From assembly GCA_963783385.1 (NCBI GenBank), contig CAWANJ010000009.1:288001-352000 (forward strand): 64,000 bases of DNA, read 5' to 3'. The translations under genes were made by a program, and so were the position numbers. Positions 1 to 9,451 of this stretch are shown here, one piece after another. The DNA is from an uncultured Gemmatimonadales bacterium. Its GTDB lineage: Bacteria > Gemmatimonadota > Gemmatimonadetes > Palauibacterales > Palauibacteraceae. Positions within the stretch are counted from its first letter, which is position 1; every line of letters begins with the position of its first letter. The notes under the pieces are model-generated. The model ran no database searches and was not told the origin of the DNA. It worked only from the letters and a program-made list of their open reading frames with translations.

Positions 1-502
1 CGAGCTCGCTTCCGAGGTGCACGTAGCCGTACCCAGTCTCCGGCCGGTCGGGCGGGACCCCCACGCAGTACAGGCGTCCGCCGACCTCGGCGGCCGCGAC
101 CGCCCGGCGCAGGGTAGCGTCGAACGCCTCCTCGGGTGCGATCCAATGGTCCGCGTGCAGGGAGACCATGACGGCGTCGGGATCCTCCCGGGCGATGGCG
201 TGCGCCGCCCAGCACAGGGCCGGCCCCGTGCCGCGCGGCTCGGGCTCGGCCATCCACGCGCCCGGCTCCAGCTCCGGTAGTGCCGCCCCGAGAGAGTCGA
301 GGAGGTGCCGTCCGGCCACGACCCGGACCCGCCCGGGGCCGGCCAGCCGTCGGGCGCGGTGGACGGCCGCCGCCACGAGGGGGACGCCCCCGGCCGCCAG
401 CGGGAGGAGCTGTTTGGGCCGCTCCGGCCTCGAGGCGGGCCAGAAGCGGGATCCAATGCCGCCGGCCAGGACGACGGCGTGGACCGACGCTTGGGCGGGC
501 AT
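1..502 (-). CDS. manC: Mannose-1-phosphate guanylyltransferase (N-terminal part; runs off window start)
   Basis: Not in the ORF track. Manual reverse-strand translation gives MPAQASVHAVVLAGGIGSRFWPASRPERPKQLLPL...GVPPDRPETGYGYV; the LAGGxGxRxWPxSR, PKQ and PETGYGY motifs are diagnostic. GAGG RBS precedes the ATG at 502. Confidence 0.92.
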   Translation of the reverse strand, partial: MPAQASVHAVVLAGGIGSRFWPASRPERPKQLLPLAAGGVPLVAAAVHRARRLAGPGRVRVVAGRHLLDSLGAALPELEPGAWMAEPEPRGTGPALCWAAHAIAREDPDAVMVSLHADHWIAPEEAFDATLRRAVAAAEVGGRLYCVGVPPDRPETGYGYVHLGSEL

Positions 503-671
503 GGACAGCGACCTCGTGGAGGGGGCCCTCGCCGGCCGCCCCGGTGGTCGGGGCCGCCGCGGAGGAGCGGCTCGCGAACGGACCGGAAGCTACGCCCGCA
601 CCCGGGAGGCGTCAAGCGGTCGGAGCGCAGGAAAGCCTTGCAGTTAGCGGGTTATCCAGGATCCGGGTTTC

Positions 672-700
672 TTGACACCCGCGGGGTGGCGGCCGATCTT
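672..700 (+). promoter_or_regulatory. Putative sigma70 promoter TTGACA-17-GATCTT
   Basis: Perfect -35 at 672-677, 17-nt spacer, weak -10 at 695-700; GTG at 707 lies at the expected TSS. Confidence 0.5.
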
Positions 701-706
701 CTCCGG

Positions 707-1330
707 GTGATCACACACGCCGAGAGACGCTTCGTACGTTCCGCCGCCACGCGACTCGGGCTCGTGGGGAAAGCCATCGCGTGCGCGCTGCCCGTGGCGG
801 CGGCGCTCGCCGTCTCCGCCCTGGTGGCCGCGGGATGCGGCAACTCGGGGCTCCTGGCTCCGGTGGCGGACTCGGCGAGCGTGGCCACGCTCGCGGACTT
901 CCGGACCTCGGACCTGGGCTCCCCCTCCGCGTTCGACATCCTCGCCGGGCGCGCCGTGCGCACCGACATCACCTCGGGCTGGGACTTCCTCTACTACGTG
1001 CAGCCGGACGGCACCATGGAGCTGCGTCCCAGGGACATGGTGCTGGGAGGCACCTCGAGCCAGGGCATCCAGGAGGTGACGGAGTCGTTCGACCAGCTCA
1101 CCGAGGCCCCGTCCGGCGGCTACACGACGGACACGCCGGTCCAGGTCTCCCAGGGAGATGTCCTGGCGGTGGTGAGCCGCTCGGACCCGAACTTCGCCGT
1201 GCAGTGCCGATACTTCATGAAGATGGAGATCACCTCGGTGGACACGGCGGCCGGGACCCTCACGTTCCGCTACCTGACCAATCCCAACTGCGAGCAGCGC
1301 ATCCTCGCGCCCGGACAGGGCGGGGGCTGA
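707..1330 (+). CDS. Hypothetical lipoprotein (weak HmuY-like WDF motif)
   Basis: 3' part of ORF 305..1330; hydrophobic signal ending in lipobox VAAGC; mature part has GWDFLYY and a Cys pair (QCRY...PNCE). Start codon uncertain. Confidence 0.7.
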   Translation: MITHAERRFVRSAATRLGLVGKAIACALPVAAALAVSALVAAGCGNSGLLAPVADSASVATLADFRTSDLGSPSAFDILAGRAVRTDITSGWDFLYYVQPDGTMELRPRDMVLGGTSSQGIQEVTESFDQLTEAPSGGYTTDTPVQVSQGDVLAVVSRSDPNFAVQCRYFMKMEITSVDTAAGTLTFRYLTNPNCEQRILAPGQGGG

Positions 1331-1332
1331 CG

Positions 1333-2613
1333 GTGCTCGACATCAGGGAACTCCGGGCCGACCCGGATGAGGCCCGTCGCCGACTGGCGCGGCGGGGCGA
1401 CCCCGGGATCCTCGAGACGCTCGACGAAGCGCTGCGCCTCGACGGGCGCCGGCGCGAAATCCTGGGCCGGGTGGAGGCGCTACGGGCCGAGCGCAACGAG
1501 GCCTCGAAGGAGATCGGGGTGCGGAAGGGCGCCGGGGAGGACGCCTCGGAGCTGATCGCCGCCATGCGCGGCGTCTCGGACCGTATCGACGAGCTCGACG
1601 ATGAGCTGGGAGGCGTGGAGGGGGCCCTTCGGGCCTGCATGCTGGGCCTCCCCAACCTTCCCGATCCCCGCGTCCCGGAGGGAGGGGAGGGTGCGTTCGA
1701 GGTGCTGCACGCCGAGGGAGGGCACCCCGAGCTCGCCTTCGCGGCCCGGCCGCACTGGGAGGTCGGCGAGGCGCTCGGGATCCTGGACCTGGAGCGGGGC
1801 GCCAAGCTCTCCGGCTCCGGGTTCCCCGTGCTCTTCGGGGACGGCGCGCGGCTCCAGCGCGCCCTGATCGACTTCATGCTGGACCTGCACCGGGACGAGC
1901 ATGGCTACCTCGAGGTCGCTCCGCCCTACATGGTCACCCGCGAGTCGATGACCGGGACCGGCCACCTGCCCAAGTTCGAGACGGACGCGTACAGGACGGA
2001 GCCCGACGATCTCTTTCTGGTGCCGACGGCCGAGGTGCCGGTGACCAACCTGCACCGGGGGGAGATCCTGGACGGGGCGTCCCTTCCGCGAGCCTACGTC
2101 GCCTACACCCCCTGCTTCCGGCGTGAGGCGGGGTCCGCCGGCCGGGACACGCGGGGCCTCCTCCGGGTGCACCAGTTCGACAAGGTCGAGCTCGTCCGCG
2201 TCACCTCGCCGGAGCGCTCGGCAGAGGAGCTGGAGCTCCTCACGGGGCACGCGGAGGAGGTCCTGCGCAGGCTGGAGCTTCCGTTCCGGCGCATCCTCCT
2301 CCCCACCGGAGACCTCGGGTTCGCGAACGCGATCACCTACGACCTCGAGGTGTGGTCGGCCGGGGTGGGGGAGTGGCTCGAGGTGTCGAGCTGCTCGAGT
2401 TACACCGATTACCAGGCTCGCCGCGCCGACATTCGCTTCCGGCGCGGTCCCGGCCAGGGTCCCGAGTTCGCGCACACCCTGAACGGCTCGGGCGTGGCGC
2501 TCGCACGGGTGATCGTCGCCCTCCTCGAGAACGGGCAACGGGAGGACGGATCGGTGGATCTACCCGAGGCGCTGCACCCCTACATGGGTCGCGGGAAGCT
2601 CACGGCCCCGTGA
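1333..2613 (+). CDS. serS: Serine--tRNA ligase
   Basis: GTG start MLDIRELR; coiled-coil arm; LVPTAEVP, CFRREAGSAGRDTRGLLRVHQFDKVE, EVSSCS, HTLNGSG motifs. Confidence 0.97.
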   Translation: MLDIRELRADPDEARRRLARRGDPGILETLDEALRLDGRRREILGRVEALRAERNEASKEIGVRKGAGEDASELIAAMRGVSDRIDELDDELGGVEGALRACMLGLPNLPDPRVPEGGEGAFEVLHAEGGHPELAFAARPHWEVGEALGILDLERGAKLSGSGFPVLFGDGARLQRALIDFMLDLHRDEHGYLEVAPPYMVTRESMTGTGHLPKFETDAYRTEPDDLFLVPTAEVPVTNLHRGEILDGASLPRAYVAYTPCFRREAGSAGRDTRGLLRVHQFDKVELVRVTSPERSAEELELLTGHAEEVLRRLELPFRRILLPTGDLGFANAITYDLEVWSAGVGEWLEVSSCSSYTDYQARRADIRFRRGPGQGPEFAHTLNGSGVALARVIVALLENGQREDGSVDLPEALHPYMGRGKLTAP

Positions 2614-3824
2614 ACCGGCGTGTGGTCCCCGTCGCCGTCGCGGTGGTGAGCGCGGCGGTGCTCCTCTCCTACGTGCTCTACACCCGCCAGCTCAACGACG
2701 TCCTCCGGCGGGACGCCCAGGTGTTCGGTCGCATCTACGGGAGCGCCTTCCAGGGAGCGAGCGTGGAGCCGGGCCGGCGTCCCGAGCTCATGCTCGGCAT
2801 CCTGCAGGAGAGCTCCAAGCTGGAGATCCCCATCGTGCTCACGGATTCGGGGGGAGTGCCGCGCTCGGCACTCAACCTGCCGTTCGACTACGACCTGCGG
2901 GATTCGGCCAGCGTGCGGCGGGTGCGCCGGTACGTCGCCCAGCTCGATGCCCGCAGCGCCCCGATCGGCGTGCCCGAATACGGCATGGTCATCCACGCGG
3001 GCGAGCCGTTGTTCCTGCGTCGGCTCAAGTGGGTGCCGTGGCTGCAGGCGGCGGTGCTGCTGGTCACCGTGCTGGCCGGGGGCTGGGTGATCTACACGTC
3101 CTTCCGGGGCGAGCGGGAGCGCATCTGGTCCGCCATGGCGCGCGAATCGGCCCACCAGATGGGCACGCCGCTCAGCTCGCTGGTGGGCTGGCTCGAGGAA
3201 GTCGAGGCCGGAGTGGGGACCGGGTTCCTGAGGCGGGGCGGCGTGGACCTGGTCGAGGAGATGAAGGCGGACGTCGACCGGCTCCTCAAGGTGTCGCGTC
3301 GCTTCGAGCTCATCGGCCGCTCCCCGGACCTCGAGGCCGTGCGGGTGCAGGAGATCGTCCGCAGGCTCCGCGACTACTTCTCCGTGCGACTGCCGACCCT
3401 CGGGAGCCGCGTCGCGATCCGGCTGGACGTGCCGGATGGGGCGCCCCCCGTGCTCGGCAACGCCACGCTGCTGGAGTGGGCGTTCGAGAACCTCATCAAG
3501 AACGCTCTCGACGCCCTGGCAGGTCGGCGCGGGACCGTCTCCATCACCTGGGCCGGCAGCGAGTTCGGGCGATCGGTCTACCGCGTCACCGACACGGGCC
3601 CGGGCGTCGACCCCGGGGTCAGAAAGCGGCTGTTCGACATCGGCGTCAGCACGAAGGAGCGGGGCTGGGGGGTGGGCCTGTCCCTCACCCGGAGGATCGT
3701 CGAGGAGATGCACCACGGGCGCATCGAGCTCGAGGCGACGGAGGAGGGGAAGGGGGCCAGCTTTCGGATCGAGCTTCCCGATGCGGACGAGGGCGGCGCG
3801 TCGGGCCGCCGGGAGGACGCGTGA
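2610..3824 (+). CDS. Membrane-bound sensor histidine kinase (no cognate response regulator nearby)
   Basis: Two TM helices, H-box MARESAHQMGTPLSSL, N-box FENLIKNALDA, G-boxes DTGPG and GWGVGLSL; GTGA overlap with serS stop. Confidence 0.92.
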   Translation: MNRRVVPVAVAVVSAAVLLSYVLYTRQLNDVLRRDAQVFGRIYGSAFQGASVEPGRRPELMLGILQESSKLEIPIVLTDSGGVPRSALNLPFDYDLRDSASVRRVRRYVAQLDARSAPIGVPEYGMVIHAGEPLFLRRLKWVPWLQAAVLLVTVLAGGWVIYTSFRGERERIWSAMARESAHQMGTPLSSLVGWLEEVEAGVGTGFLRRGGVDLVEEMKADVDRLLKVSRRFELIGRSPDLEAVRVQEIVRRLRDYFSVRLPTLGSRVAIRLDVPDGAPPVLGNATLLEWAFENLIKNALDALAGRRGTVSITWAGSEFGRSVYRVTDTGPGVDPGVRKRLFDIGVSTKERGWGVGLSLTRRIVEEMHHGRIELEATEEGKGASFRIELPDADEGGASGRREDA

Positions 3825-6103
3825 GCCGCGGTCCGGCCCTCAATCCGGAACAGCGGGAGGCGGTCGACTACGGAGAGGGGCCCCTCCTCGTGCTCGCCGG
3901 TGCCGGCTCCGGGAAGACGCGCGTGCTCACGGCGCGAATCGCACGGCTGATCGAGGAGGGCGTTCCACCCTTCCGCATCATGGCGGTCACCTTCACCAAC
4001 CGGGCGGCCGGCGAGATGGGCCGCCGGATCGAGGAGCTGCTGGGCGCGCCGCCCACGGGCATGTGGGCGGGGACCTTCCACTCGCTGGGCGCGCGCCTGC
4101 TGCGCCGTGAGGCGGACCACCTGGACCGGGACCCGCACTTCACGATCTACGACGAGGATGACGCGCTCCGGGCCGTCAAGATGGCCATGGAGGAGTCGGG
4201 AGTGGATCCCGACCGCTGGTCGCCGCGCGCGCTCCGCTCCCGGATCAGCCGGGCGAAGGGACAGCTGCTGGGCCCCGAGGCGGTGGACCAGGAGGCTTTC
4301 GATCTCCTCGCCCGCCGCGTGGCCGAGGTCTACCCGGCCTACGAGGCGATCCTCCGTCGGTGCAACGCGTTCGATTTCGATGACCTGCTCGGGCGCCCGG
4401 TCCGACTCCTGGAGGAGCAGGAGGACGTGCGGGGGCGCTACACCGACCGATTTCTGCACGTGCTGGTCGACGAGTACCAGGATACCAACCACGCCCAGTA
4501 CCGTATGGTGCGGGCGCTGGCCTCGGAGCACAAAAACCTGTGCGTGGTCGGGGACGACGACCAGTCCATCTACGGGTGGCGGGGCGCCGACCTGAGGAAC
4601 ATCCTGGACTTCGAGCGCGACTTCCCCGGCGCCCACGTCGTCCGGCTCGAGCGGAACTACCGGTCGACGGAGCCCATCCTCCAGGTGGCCAACGCGGTGA
4701 TCGCTCGCAACACGGCCCGCAAGCCGAAGGAGCTGCGTACGGAGCGCGGCGCGGGAGAGCCGGTGACCGCGGTGCGCACCGGAGACGAGCGCGCCGAGGC
4801 CGAGTTCGCCGTGCGCGAGATCCGACGCCTCGAGGACCGCTACACGCCGGGGAATGTCGCCGTGCTGTATCGGACCAACGCGCAGTCACGGCCTTTTGAG
4901 GAGGCCCTGCGGCGTGCGGCGATCCCCTACCGGATCGTGGGCGGGGTGCGCTTCTACGAGCGTCGGGAGATCCGCGACGTGGTGGCCTACCTTCAGCTGG
5001 TGGTCAATCCGGCCGATGAAGCCGCCTTCCTGCGCGCCGTGGGCTGGCCGCGCCGGGGGGTGGGGAGCGTCACGGTGGAGCGGCTCCTCTCCGCGCGCCG
5101 GGAGGGCGAGACGCTGGTGGACGCGGCGGCGCGCGCGTCCTCGCTGGACGCCGTTCCGACCGCCGGGGCGCGGGCGCTGGAGGGCTTCGCCGGCGTCATC
5201 CTCGAGCTCAACGCCCTGCAACGGGAGGTCACGGCCCGCGAGGTGGCCGCGACCTGCGTCGAGGCGTTCGGGATCCGTGAGGCGCTCGCCGGGGAGGAGG
5301 ACGGGGAGGATCGGCTCGCCAACGTGGAGGAGCTCCTCGGGGCGGTCGCCGAGTTCGATCCGACGGAGCTGGACGAGCGGCCCGACGGGGCGGGGGAGCT
5401 GGAGCTGTTCCTCGAGCGGGTGGCGCTCCTGTCCGACATCGACCGCTGGGACCCCGAGCAGGGCTCGGTATCGCTCATGACACTCCACAACGCCAAGGGG
5501 CTCGAGTTCCCGGTCGTGTTCGTGGCCGGACTCGAGCGAGGGTTGTTCCCACTGGCACGGGCCGAGGCCTCCCCGGACGAGTACGAGGAGGAACGCCGGC
5601 TGTTCTACGTGGGCGTCACGCGGGCGCGCGACCTGCTCTACCTCACGCACGCCGACCGGCGCTGGAGGGCCGGGTCCGGGGGCCAGGCGGAGCCGTCCCC
5701 CTTCCTGGACGAGGTGCCCGAGGAGGCCGTCGAGCGCCGCTGGGTGGGGGGATCGCGGCGGGGCGGCTCCCGCACGGCCGCCTCGCGAGGGTCGCCGGCC
5801 TGGAGGACACGCGACGACGCGAGCGCCGCGTCGTTCTCGTGGCGCGCCGGCGGCGGGTCGGAGTCGACGGCGATCGGCGTGCCGCCCGGCGGTGGCGGTC
5901 CGGGCGAGCTCCGCTACGACTTCGATGACACGCAGGAGACGCTGCGGCTCGAGCCCGGCGAGCGGATCGTGCACCCGTCTTTCGGGGAGGGTACGATCCA
6001 GGGCCGCTCGGGATCCGGACGCGGGACGAAGCTGACCATCGAGTTCGACGAGTCCGGGATCCGCAAGGTGATGGCCGCGTACGCGGATCTGCGACCGGCC
6101 TGA
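3821..6103 (+). CDS. pcrA: ATP-dependent DNA helicase PcrA/UvrD
   Basis: LNPEQREAV, LAGAGSGKT, VDEYQDTN, VGDDDQSIYGWRGA, TLHNAKGLEF, EERRLFYVGVTRA; C-terminal Tudor-like HPSFGEG. Confidence 0.95.
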   Translation: MSRGPALNPEQREAVDYGEGPLLVLAGAGSGKTRVLTARIARLIEEGVPPFRIMAVTFTNRAAGEMGRRIEELLGAPPTGMWAGTFHSLGARLLRREADHLDRDPHFTIYDEDDALRAVKMAMEESGVDPDRWSPRALRSRISRAKGQLLGPEAVDQEAFDLLARRVAEVYPAYEAILRRCNAFDFDDLLGRPVRLLEEQEDVRGRYTDRFLHVLVDEYQDTNHAQYRMVRALASEHKNLCVVGDDDQSIYGWRGADLRNILDFERDFPGAHVVRLERNYRSTEPILQVANAVIARNTARKPKELRTERGAGEPVTAVRTGDERAEAEFAVREIRRLEDRYTPGNVAVLYRTNAQSRPFEEALRRAAIPYRIVGGVRFYERREIRDVVAYLQLVVNPADEAAFLRAVGWPRRGVGSVTVERLLSARREGETLVDAAARASSLDAVPTAGARALEGFAGVILELNALQREVTAREVAATCVEAFGIREALAGEEDGEDRLANVEELLGAVAEFDPTELDERPDGAGELELFLERVALLSDIDRWDPEQGSVSLMTLHNAKGLEFPVVFVAGLERGLFPLARAEASPDEYEEERRLFYVGVTRARDLLYLTHADRRWRAGSGGQAEPSPFLDEVPEEAVERRWVGGSRRGGSRTAASRGSPAWRTRDDASAASFSWRAGGGSESTAIGVPPGGGGPGELRYDFDDTQETLRLEPGERIVHPSFGEGTIQGRSGSGRGTKLTIEFDESGIRKVMAAYADLRPA

Positions 6104-6126
6104 CGGACAGGACGCGAGGGGGAGAG

Positions 6127-6438
6127 GTGGCACGAATCGACGAGGCGGAGGTGCGGCACGTGGCGCGTCTGGCGCGCCTCGAGCTGGACGACGAAGAGCT
6201 CGCGCGTCTGACACGCGAGCTCGAGGGCGTCCTCGCTCACATGGACCGGATCGGCGAGCTGGAGCTGGAGCCGGCCGGGCCGGCTCCAGAGGGCCGGGGC
6301 CTGGAGCCGGTGCTGCGTCCGGATCGACCGGACCCCGATCCGCTGGCGTTCGGACCCGAGGCCATGGCGCCGGACTGGCGTGACGGCTTCTTCGTCGTGC
6401 CCCGCCTGGCGTCGCTCGGCGACCGGGACGCGTCGTGA
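6127..6438 (+). CDS. gatC: Asp/Glu-tRNA amidotransferase subunit C
   Basis: EVRHVARLARLEL...LRPD...APDWRDGFFVVPR; directly upstream of gatA. Confidence 0.93.
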   Translation: MARIDEAEVRHVARLARLELDDEELARLTRELEGVLAHMDRIGELELEPAGPAPEGRGLEPVLRPDRPDPDPLAFGPEAMAPDWRDGFFVVPRLASLGDRDAS

Positions 6439-7931
6439 GCGGTGATGCCCTGACCAGCCTGGAGGCCTGCCGGGCCTTCCTCCGCGCCGGAGAGGCTGCG
6501 TCCGGGGAGCTGCTCGACGAGGCCCTGAGGCGCAACCAGGCCCTGGACCGGGGGGATCGGCCCCTGCACGCCTTTCTGTCCACCCTGGAGCCCGGGGCGG
6601 AGCCGGGAGACGGCCGCCGGGGACCGGGGGCCGGGGAGAGCGGCGACGAGTCCTCGCTGCGCGGCGTGCCGGTGGCGGTCAAGGACAACCTGTGCACGCC
6701 GGACCTGCCGACCACCTGCGGCTCCCGCATCCTGGAAGGCTACCGATCTCCGTTCACGGCCACGGTCGTACGTCGGCTCGAGCGCGCCGGCGCGCGCGTC
6801 CTGGGGAAGACGAACCTGGACGAGTTCGCCATGGGCTCCTCGACCGAGAACAGCGGGTTCGGGCCGACGCGAAATCCCTACGACCGGGAGCGCGTCCCCG
6901 GGGGCAGCTCCGGGGGCTCGGCGGCCGCGGTCGCTGCCGGCGTGGTCCCGGTCGCCCTGGGGTCCTCCACGGGGGGATCCGTACGTCAGCCGGCGGCCTT
7001 CTGTGGCCTGGTGGGGATCAAGCCCACCTACGGTCGGGTCAGTCGCTACGGACTGGTGGCCTTCGCCTCGAGCCTGGACCAGGTCGGCGTCCTGTCGCGC
7101 ACGGTGCGCGATGGGGCGGTGGTGCTCGAGACGATCGCGGGCTCCGATCCGCGCGACGCCACCTGTCAGGATCGACCGTCGCCCCGGGCCGCGGCCCTCG
7201 ACGAAGTGGACCTGGAAGGCCGCGTCCTCGGGCTTCCGGAAGAGTATCTCGGGGAAGGGTTGGACGATGGGGTCCGTGCCCGGGTGGAGGACCTGGCGCG
7301 CGAAGCGGAGCGGGCCGGAGCCGAGATCCGTCGCGTGTCCCTTCCCTCCACGCCGCTCGCCATCCCGTGCTACTACGTACTGGCGCCCGCCGAGGCGTCC
7401 AGCAACCTGGCTCGCTACGACGGGGTTCGTTACGGGGTGCGGGCCGAGGGCGCACCCGACGCCACCACGCTGTTCGCCCGCACCCGCGGCCAGGGCTTCG
7501 GTACCGAGGTGAAGCGGCGCATCATGCTCGGCACGTACGTGCTGTCGGCGGGCTACTACAATGCCTACTACCGCCGGGCGCAGAGACTTCGGGCCCGGAT
7601 CGCCTCCGAGCTCCACGACGTGTTCGAGGCGGGGGTGGACGCCCTGCTCGCGCCGACCACGCCGACCCCCGCCTTCCGGCTCGGAGACCACGCCTCCGAC
7701 CCGTACGCGATGTACCTGGCGGACGTGTTCACGGTGTCGGCGAACCTGGCCGGCCTGCCGGCGATCTCCATCCCGATCGGGACGGTGGACGGCCTGCCGG
7801 TGGGCGGCCAGCTGCTGTGCCCGCCCTGGGAGGAGGAGCGCATGCTCGGCCTGGCGGCACGGCTGGAGGAGCGCGTGGCGTGGTCGCCGCCCCCCCTCGC
7901 GTCGCGGCCCGAACCGGAGGTGGGAGCTTGA
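6435..7931 (+). CDS. gatA: Asp/Glu-tRNA amidotransferase subunit A
   Basis: Amidase signature GKTNLDEFAMGSSTENS, PGGSSGGSAAAV, TGGSVRQPA, EASSNLARYDG, EVKRRIMLGTY. Confidence 0.96.
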   Translation: MSGDALTSLEACRAFLRAGEAASGELLDEALRRNQALDRGDRPLHAFLSTLEPGAEPGDGRRGPGAGESGDESSLRGVPVAVKDNLCTPDLPTTCGSRILEGYRSPFTATVVRRLERAGARVLGKTNLDEFAMGSSTENSGFGPTRNPYDRERVPGGSSGGSAAAVAAGVVPVALGSSTGGSVRQPAAFCGLVGIKPTYGRVSRYGLVAFASSLDQVGVLSRTVRDGAVVLETIAGSDPRDATCQDRPSPRAAALDEVDLEGRVLGLPEEYLGEGLDDGVRARVEDLAREAERAGAEIRRVSLPSTPLAIPCYYVLAPAEASSNLARYDGVRYGVRAEGAPDATTLFARTRGQGFGTEVKRRIMLGTYVLSAGYYNAYYRRAQRLRARIASELHDVFEAGVDALLAPTTPTPAFRLGDHASDPYAMYLADVFTVSANLAGLPAISIPIGTVDGLPVGGQLLCPPWEEERMLGLAARLEERVAWSPPPLASRPEPEVGA

Positions 7932-9394
7932 GCGGGGCGGGGAAGCAGGCCGACTGGGAGACGGTGATCGGCGTGGAGGTCCACGTCCAGCTCGGCACGG
8001 CCACGAAGATGTTCTGCGGATGCGAGGCCGCGTACGGTCCGCCTCCCAACACGCGGGTGTGCCCGGTGTGCCTCGGGCTGCCGGGGGCCCTGCCGGTGCC
8101 CAATCGCGAGGCCGTGCGCCTGGCCGTGCGCGCCGCTCTCGCGCTCGAGTGCCGCGTGTTCGATCCCTCGCAGTTCGTCCGGAAGAACTACTTCTATCCG
8201 GACCTGCCCAAGGGCTACCAGATCACCCAGTACGAGCACCCGCTCGCGCGCGACGGGCACGTGGCCCTCCGCGTGGACGGAGTGCCGAGGGACGTCCGGG
8301 TCCGGCGCCTCCACCTCGAGGAGGATGCCGGCAAGTCGCTGCACGACCGCTTTCCAGACTCGACCGCCGTGGACCTGAACCGGGCCGGCGTCCCGCTGGT
8401 CGAGATCGTCACGGAGCCGGACCTTCGTTCCCCCGCCGAAGCGCGCGCGTACCTCGCGCGCCTCAAGCAGCTCCTGGAGCACTACGCGGCGGTGAGCGAC
8501 TGCAACATGGAGGAGGGCAGTCTGCGGGTCGACGCCAACCTGTCGGTGCGGCGCCCGGGCTCCGAAGTCCTTAACACGAAGACTGAGGTGAAGAACCTCA
8601 ACTCCTTCAGCAACGTGGAGAAAGCGCTTTCCTACGAGCGGGATCGCCAGGTGGCCCTGCGGGAAGCGGGGGAGGAGGTGGAGCACGAGACGCGCACCTT
8701 CGAGGCGGCCACGGGCCGCACGCACGGGATGCGCGGGAAGGAGGAGGCCTTCGACTACCGCTACTTCCCGGAGCCGGACCTGCCTCTCCTCGTCCTGGAG
8801 GAGGGTATCGTCGAGACCGTACGCGGAGAGCTGCCCGAGCTGCCACAGGTCGCCGAGGAGCGGCTGCGGGAGGCGTGGGGACTGTCCCTGTACGACGCCG
8901 AGCTGCTGGCCGCGTACCCCCGGCGCCTGGCCTACTTCGAAGCCGTGGTCGCCGACCGCGACGCGGAGTTCGCCAAGCAGGCCGCCAACCTGATCATGGG
9001 CCCCCTGGCCGAGGCCCTCAACCAGCGTGAGCGAGGTGGCACCGAGGACGGGCTCCTGGCTCCCCGGGCCCTGCGCCGTGTCGTGGCGCTGAGGCTCGAC
9101 GGCACGCTGAGCTCGAACAGTGCCGATACCCTGCTGTCCCTTCTCCTCGAGCGGGGAGGTGACCCGGACGAGCTCGTGGAGGCGCACCGGTTGGCCCAGG
9201 TCCGGGACGCGAGCCGGCTGGCGGAGTGGGTGGAGGAGGCGCTCGCGGCGCATCCCGAGGAGGCGGAGCGCTTCCTGTCGGGAGAGGAGAAGCTCCTGGG
9301 CTTCTTCATGGGAGCGGTGATGCGGCGGGCCGGCGGGGCCGCCGACCCCGGTCGGACGCGGGAGCTGCTGCGGGAGAGGCTCGGGGGCGGCTGA
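7928..9394 (+). CDS. gatB: Asp/Glu-tRNA amidotransferase subunit B
   Basis: TTG start overlapping gatA stop; VIGVEVHVQL, RKNYFYPDLPKGYQITQ, LEEDAGK, EEGSLRVDAN, DYRYFPEPDL. Confidence 0.96.
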   Translation: MSGAGKQADWETVIGVEVHVQLGTATKMFCGCEAAYGPPPNTRVCPVCLGLPGALPVPNREAVRLAVRAALALECRVFDPSQFVRKNYFYPDLPKGYQITQYEHPLARDGHVALRVDGVPRDVRVRRLHLEEDAGKSLHDRFPDSTAVDLNRAGVPLVEIVTEPDLRSPAEARAYLARLKQLLEHYAAVSDCNMEEGSLRVDANLSVRRPGSEVLNTKTEVKNLNSFSNVEKALSYERDRQVALREAGEEVEHETRTFEAATGRTHGMRGKEEAFDYRYFPEPDLPLLVLEEGIVETVRGELPELPQVAEERLREAWGLSLYDAELLAAYPRRLAYFEAVVADRDAEFAKQAANLIMGPLAEALNQRERGGTEDGLLAPRALRRVVALRLDGTLSSNSADTLLSLLLERGGDPDELVEAHRLAQVRDASRLAEWVEEALAAHPEEAERFLSGEEKLLGFFMGAVMRRAGGAADPGRTRELLRERLGGG

Positions 9395-9451
9395 CCGGGA
9401 AGCCCCGGCCGCGAGGGATCGCTCCGCGCCGTGACGGTGCGGGAGCCGGCG

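Noticed and set aside
305-706. Long N-terminal extensions in the ORF track (also serS, pcrA, gatB, rpsO, proS, folC, accD)
   Set aside because: They overlap neighbouring genes; homology, RBS and stop/start overlaps support the later starts used.
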